DNA from: a virus
Lineage: Duplodnaviria; Caudoviricetes
Reading direction: 5' to 3' (one strand)
Length of the DNA stretch: 64,000 nt
IMG/VR virus record: IMGVR_UViG_3300031853_000007
Span: 1-64,000 of that record
In this document: positions 59,033 to 64,000 of the stretch, piece by piece
How positions within the stretch are numbered: the first letter of the stretch is position 1
Layout of the letters: each line of letters opens with the position of its first letter
The notes under the pieces: model-generated
Told to the model about the DNA's origin: nothing
What the model saw: the letters and a program-made list of their open reading frames with translations, nothing else
Databases searched by the model: none
Translations under genes and position numbers: made by a program

Positions 59033-59314
59033 TTACTTATCGTTGATTGCCTGATTAAGCTTGTGGGAAATCTTAAAGGTATAAGCTACTCTCTCAGGTA
59101 CCTGAATCTTCTCGTCAGTCTGAGGGTTTCTACAAACTCTCGCCTTACGCATTCTACGTCTGAAAGTACCGAGATCGGAAAGCAGAATCTTTTCCTCGTC
59201 TCCCATCATAGCCTCACGCAGAACCTCAATAAACGCAGTGTATGCGATATCACAGTTCTCCAGTGTAAAATTAGTCTTCTTAGAAATAGCTCTAAGTATG
59301 TCAATCTTTGTCAT
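59033..59314 (-). CDS. HU/IHF-family DNA-binding protein
   Basis: MTK.D...I, LGTF....RKAR..RNPQT.E.IQVP....FK. Confidence 0.92.
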   Translation of the reverse strand: MTKIDILRAISKKTNFTLENCDIAYTAFIEVLREAMMGDEEKILLSDLGTFRRRMRKARVCRNPQTDEKIQVPERVAYTFKISHKLNQAINDK

Positions 59315-59340
59315 GTCGTTCTCTCCTTTTGTTCTTGTTC

Positions 59341-60570
59341 TTATAGAATAATCTTATGTGTCTCGTTAAGCCCGAATTTTTTATCGAACCCAAATATCAT
59401 AGCAGCGGGCTTGCTTGACTTCATCAACTGCTCTGCGTATGGGTCGTTACCGACGATAGATGGAACTACGACAACTTCTGTGTCATATGCGCCGCAACTA
59501 TTGCCAGCTATAGTCTTACTAGAATGGTAATGTCCCAAGAATGCGTAGTCTATAAACTCCCGACGATAAGATGAGATATCATTCAGGTAGTTATCGACAC
59601 TCTTGATGCCATGACCATGATGTGCGATTATCTTGAATCCGAAGATGGGTATATCAATATACCCACGGTCTGAGGTTGAGTGGATTCGCACGTTTGGATT
59701 CTCAGACAGAACGTCAATTAGATAATGGTCAATTATGTAAGTGACATCCTCAGCGGCAAGCTCACTTGCTTTGCTACCGAGAGGTCTTGTCTGATTATGA
59801 TTAGAACGAGGTACGCTATAATAGTCTATTACGCATTCTTTACTAATCTCGTAAAGGAAGTTTGCTAGAAGTCGGCAGACACCTATGATAGACTTAACAA
59901 CGCTTGTCTCATTAATCTGTAAATCCGTAAGTCTCAATATACCCTGAATCTCATCTCCGAGGTTGAGTATGTTGAGATGCTTCAAATTCTTTTCCCAGAT
60001 AAAAGCTCTGGTGTATTCAATCAGTTCCTTGAATCGCTTGTTACACTCCTCGATACTGTAACTATTGGTTTCGGTAACGAAGTGTGAACCATAATGGATA
60101 TCGGCAATAGTAAGCAGGTATTCCTTTTCGTCTACGCCGAGGAAGCAGTGACCCGAAAAATCCATAGGCGGAGAGGGTAGCTTCTGCAACCCCTGACCTA
60201 TCTTTTCGTAGAACAAATCAAATCTCGCGTCTTGTCTCTTATACCGATTGAGTTCAATCTTTTCCGCATTGACCTTGTAACGTTCAGTTCTAAGGTCTTC
60301 GATACGCTTCTGGATTCTTTCTGAATCGTCGTTCATATCGTCCTTGGTGAACACATCATTATAGAACTGCTTGGCGGCAGCATATCTCTTACGATATGCA
60401 GACTCGCCCTTGTAGCAGTCATCGTCCTCATTATAAAGATTGTAGTTCACGTCAGACAAAACTTCCGTCCAATTCTTATAGTACCCGTCGTCAATCATAT
60501 TTCCAACGCGCCACAGATATTGATTCTCGTTTTCGTCGTCTCGCTTCTTTAGGTTATTATCCATCTCCAC
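59341..60570 (-). CDS. Metallophosphoesterase-domain protein
   Basis: ADIHYG, LGD, SNH, HGH, GHYH motifs. Confidence 0.85.
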   Translation of the reverse strand: MEMDNNLKKRDDENENQYLWRVGNMIDDGYYKNWTEVLSDVNYNLYNEDDDCYKGESAYRKRYAAAKQFYNDVFTKDDMNDDSERIQKRIEDLRTERYKVNAEKIELNRYKRQDARFDLFYEKIGQGLQKLPSPPMDFSGHCFLGVDEKEYLLTIADIHYGSHFVTETNSYSIEECNKRFKELIEYTRAFIWEKNLKHLNILNLGDEIQGILRLTDLQINETSVVKSIIGVCRLLANFLYEISKECVIDYYSVPRSNHNQTRPLGSKASELAAEDVTYIIDHYLIDVLSENPNVRIHSTSDRGYIDIPIFGFKIIAHHGHGIKSVDNYLNDISSYRREFIDYAFLGHYHSSKTIAGNSCGAYDTEVVVVPSIVGNDPYAEQLMKSSKPAAMIFGFDKKFGLNETHKIIL

Positions 60571-60736
60571 CCTCCGATCTTCTTATATCGTCGAGGGCTT
60601 TCTTGATATGCTTTCCTTCCTCACAATAGTATGTCTTGCTGCCAGCGCCCTTCTTGCGGCGCGAGCAAACCTTAATACTGATGTTCGGAAACATCTTTCG
60701 CAGTTCAAAGCTTTCCTTCTGTGTAATTGTATACAA
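60557..60736 (-). CDS. Small basic hypothetical protein
   Basis: TTG start after AAGGGG; ITQKE...LR...KTYY.EE. Confidence 0.6.
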   Translation of the reverse strand: MYTITQKESFELRKMFPNISIKVCSRRKKGAGSKTYYCEEGKHIKKALDDIRRSEGGDG

Positions 60737-60890
60737 ACCTGTATCCCCTTTGTTTCGTAGTAAGAGCGCAAAAATCCGCACCCTTCCATAATCATCGAGT
60801 TAGAAATTTCTTAAAACGTGAAAGTTTCGGGCGTTTCCAACAAAAATGGAAAGTTGCGGAATGAAAATATGCGCTGTTTTTGTAATTTTT

Positions 60891-61566
60891 TTACTGCTTA
60901 ACTTCTATGTAATTGATTCCGTACAGATGAATAATACCATTTGCGTCCTCTTCGAGATGACCAACAGGCTCCTTGCTAGTTAGTATCAAATCAAAGAAAG
61001 CTCCGTTACGCGAATTAAATAGTATGTTGAGCAGAGACATAGTGATATCTTTGTTCTCAGGCTTCTCTAATTCTTTGAGCAGGAAGTACATTGTACTCGT
61101 TGTCATTTTCAGGTTGGTGATGAAGTCGGAGCAACGTTCCTTAATCTCGGAAACGGCGCGGTACTTCTCTTCACCGCTTGAATGGTTGGCGGCATATACC
61201 ATCTGTATGTCAGCCTTGGCTTCGCGTACTACATCCAGTACTCGACGTATCTGGCTGTAGTTCTGCTGACCTTTTTCATACATAGACCTATCTACAATAG
61301 CAAGGAATGGGATCTGAGCTGTTGTACCATCCCATCTATAGCGGGGGATATGAAATCTACGTATCGCCGTCTGTACGTAATCCATTGTCGTGTGATGCTT
61401 CTTATAGTTCTTACGCTTAGAGTTGTAGTACCCTTTGGTTCGGGCAAGGTGTCCGAAGAAGTTAGGTTTGATATACCTATCCTTTTTGTCTTTGCGGAGA
61501 TACTTCTTTTTGAGTATCCCGATTTCCTCGGTACTGTCAAGCTGGTATTCTTTCTTTGCTTTATCT
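60891..61566 (-). CDS. YonO-like RNA polymerase, exon 2
   Basis: Junction GAG AT|A GAT AAA GCA restores SNVEIDKAKKE; continuous with ORF 61385-60891 (KPNFF...TTMDY). Confidence 0.88.
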
Positions 61567-61926
61567 CTTTTGTGTTTGCCGGTGTCGCTAATACCGACGG
61601 TTTCCCCTCATGCTTTCACATGAGAACAGACTATATCTTCACCATATAAAGGTGTACACCATAGCAGGATGTCAATAGCTTACATTCCCACACTCTTTCG
61701 AGTTAGTCGTTGAGCCTTTCCCTATTCGGGACTTGGTTGCGCGGTTGCCGATTATACCACACTTAGGATTTAACCTTATGCTATACACATTGTTCTTTCT
61801 GCTTTCGCCGCTATCACGCTCAGACATATTTCATTCTCACGTTGTAGCCAATGTGTCTTTACGGGTTTCCCGCAGTTAGATGTATTTATTTATGCACACA
61901 TTTCTGTATACCGAGACCAATAATCA
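61567..61926 (-). ncRNA. Group I intron (360 nt, no ORF) in the RNA polymerase gene
   Basis: P1 GAGAT/GTCTC with U.G; AACTGCGGGAAA, GGCAACCGCGCAACCAAG, GCTCAACGACTA, GAAGATATAGTCT; terminal G at 61567. Confidence 0.92.
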
Positions 61927-64000
61927 ATCTCTACATTAGAAAGAATTGCCAATTTAACTATATCATCATACAACTCCTGATTATCTTCAAACGTCTGTCC
62001 ACTATGTATATTGTTCCAGAATAACGTGTTGAGTTCCTGAGACAGATTAACTATCTCACCGATTTTGTTTACGCTGGTCTTTATATCAAGGTCACACTTG
62101 TCGCTATTGTTATAGTAGCGCTTTCTCTTGATAGCAGAAACCAGAGATGTGGGGATGGCAAACTTAGAGTAATTGCGTTCTGCGGCAGCTATCAACAACT
62201 TGTTATTAGTGAGCATCATTGTATCACTATCAAAATCGGCGCCGTTGAGCTTCTCTAATAGATTCTCATTTATGCTATTCACACACACAATTTCTTCGGT
62301 AAGGAAGAAGTAATCGTCTATATGCTTGCTCTCCACGTTATTCGCCAATAGTATGTTACCCGCGCAGATATGCGGACTTCTCGATCCGAGTAACTTCTTT
62401 CCATACTCGAACCGCACGTTATGTATGTTTCCCACACCCAAATCAGATTCGCCGTTGAATCTTCCGATAGACTGCAACAGCATCTCATATGGATTGCCAA
62501 GTAGCGTACTGTAATTGCCATTTACCAGAACGTGACCCGACATAAGGTTCTTCTTGAACGATACAAGCAAGTCCTTTAGAAAGTCGTGGTACAGTTTAGT
62601 CTCGGTAAACTTCTCATTGATACCAAGGAGCTGATACACTATGTCGTTCTTATTTGCTATCTCCTCTAAGTTAATGGGCGGATTCTCGGGGTACTTAATA
62701 TGGTGACGCACGACAGCAGGATTGTACCGCAGGTTAGACATATACTCGAAGGACTCCGCAAGTAAACGATCAACTTCCTTTTCCGAAAGCTGTAAAGTGT
62801 TGAGCAACTGATAGTGTGTCTGAACTAATCTACCATCGAAATAGTGTGTAGGCTTTTCATGCTTTACTACACCAAACGTGGTTTCGAGGTTATCGAGCCA
62901 CTGGTCGAGCGTTCCGAACTTTAAGAACTTGATGCTACTCGGCGTGGTTATCAACTTGATGTCCTCAATTGATTTAGCGCGGGTATAACCGTTAAGCTGC
63001 GAAACCTCGGTGATTCCATTATCGGCAAAGAACTTCTGAATGTGGGTAGAAAACGCGGCAGTCTTGAAGAAGCGGTTACGAAGCAGGAGCATACTGTAGT
63101 GGCTGTATTTTCCGTACATCGAATAGTCCATAAGAGTCTGACCGTCCCATATACTGTTGTTTACCTCAACAAAGTCGTTGGTTGTCTGGAGCGAAGTTCC
63201 ATCATATGAGACAGCGGCGGCTCTATCCTTAAACACGCTATTGTAATCGTCGATCACCAGAATGTTTTCAGGCTGTATCTCAATCGTGTCAATGATACTA
63301 CTGAGTGTCAGCGATATGTAAGCTTCAAAAGCAGCGAGGTCTATCTCGTCACCGTCGCGGATTTTTAAACCACAGCATTCCCATTTGTGCATACGGCTGT
63401 ACAGCTTCTCGTCGATGAACAGACACTTGCCAACGCGGGAGCTACCACTACTGCGCTTGAAACGGATATATTTGATACCGTCGCAGTAGAACCCATTATT
63501 ATAGAGTTCGTTACGCAGGTCAGCAACACTATTCAGTACCAAAATATTATCTTTAGCGTAGTACTTCTTATCCTTGACGTAGAAGAACTTACCGAGAACT
63601 TCGGGGTCGTCCACAATCTTGTCCATTTCCTTATTGGTTTGGATAGCAATAAGTTCGCCGTCTTCTATGCAGATACCGTCGGTAAGCGTGATGTCGTTTA
63701 TGTCGTAGCCGAACTTAACGTAGATGTCAGAAGTGATTCGGTTATAGAGTTTGTTGCTGTAGTTAAAGTTGACGTTGATGATGCGCTGGGTATACTCCTT
63801 TTCGCCTATAAAAAAAGAAAACCGCTTGTTGCGGTAGACTTTAGTGTATACGTCTCGGAGTTTAAATAGGTCGAGACAGTAATCGAGGTCGCCCGAAAAC
63901 TTGCGGGGACTGATTGAACCATCGCGGCGGCGGATATTATAACCAAGAGGATTTGGCTTGTTATAGTGGTTGGCTATGTAGATATCCTTAGCGTCGAGGT
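61927..64000 (-). CDS. YonO-like single-subunit RNA polymerase (cRdRP-related two-barrel family), exon 1; start lies outside window
   Basis: Frame open to the window edge; RSSGSSR.G.C.F, DG, R.....K, RSPH, LNGADFDSD catalytic motif, IG.IVN. Confidence 0.88.

Overview
The window is about 64 kb of a large temperate phage with an SPbeta-like gene set, probably infecting an anaerobic Firmicute (inference from class III RNR, ThyX, sigmaA-type promoters and GGAGG RBSs). It appears to be the excised/circular form, because an intact attP-like site (3' part of tRNA-Gln flanked by arm repeats) has phage genes on both sides. Left arm (+, 1-11570): nucleotide metabolism and auxiliary genes (intron-split nrdD, nrdG, OFA-family MFS transporter, Dam-type MTase, cysteine desulfurase, guanylate kinase, dUTPase, thyX, xis). 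Right part (-, 64000 to 11632): YonO-like single-subunit RNA polymerase, HU, an ncRNA cluster (two tRNAs and a ~605-nt ROOL-like RNA), ClpP, PhoH, terminase/portal/capsid/tail genes, lysis genes, a diversity-generating retroelement (DGR) with no visible avd, a XerD-like recombinase, a GIY-YIG nuclease and the integrase. Four group I introns can be spliced by hand to restore reading frames: one in nrdD, one in the RNAP gene and two in the tape measure (TMP) gene. The most unusual feature is the 1510-nt TMP intron: an atypical ribozyme core whose 3' extension carries two convergent membrane-protein genes, one antisense with its own consensus promoter and terminator, instead of a homing endonuclease. 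All calls come from manual motif reading; no database searches were run.
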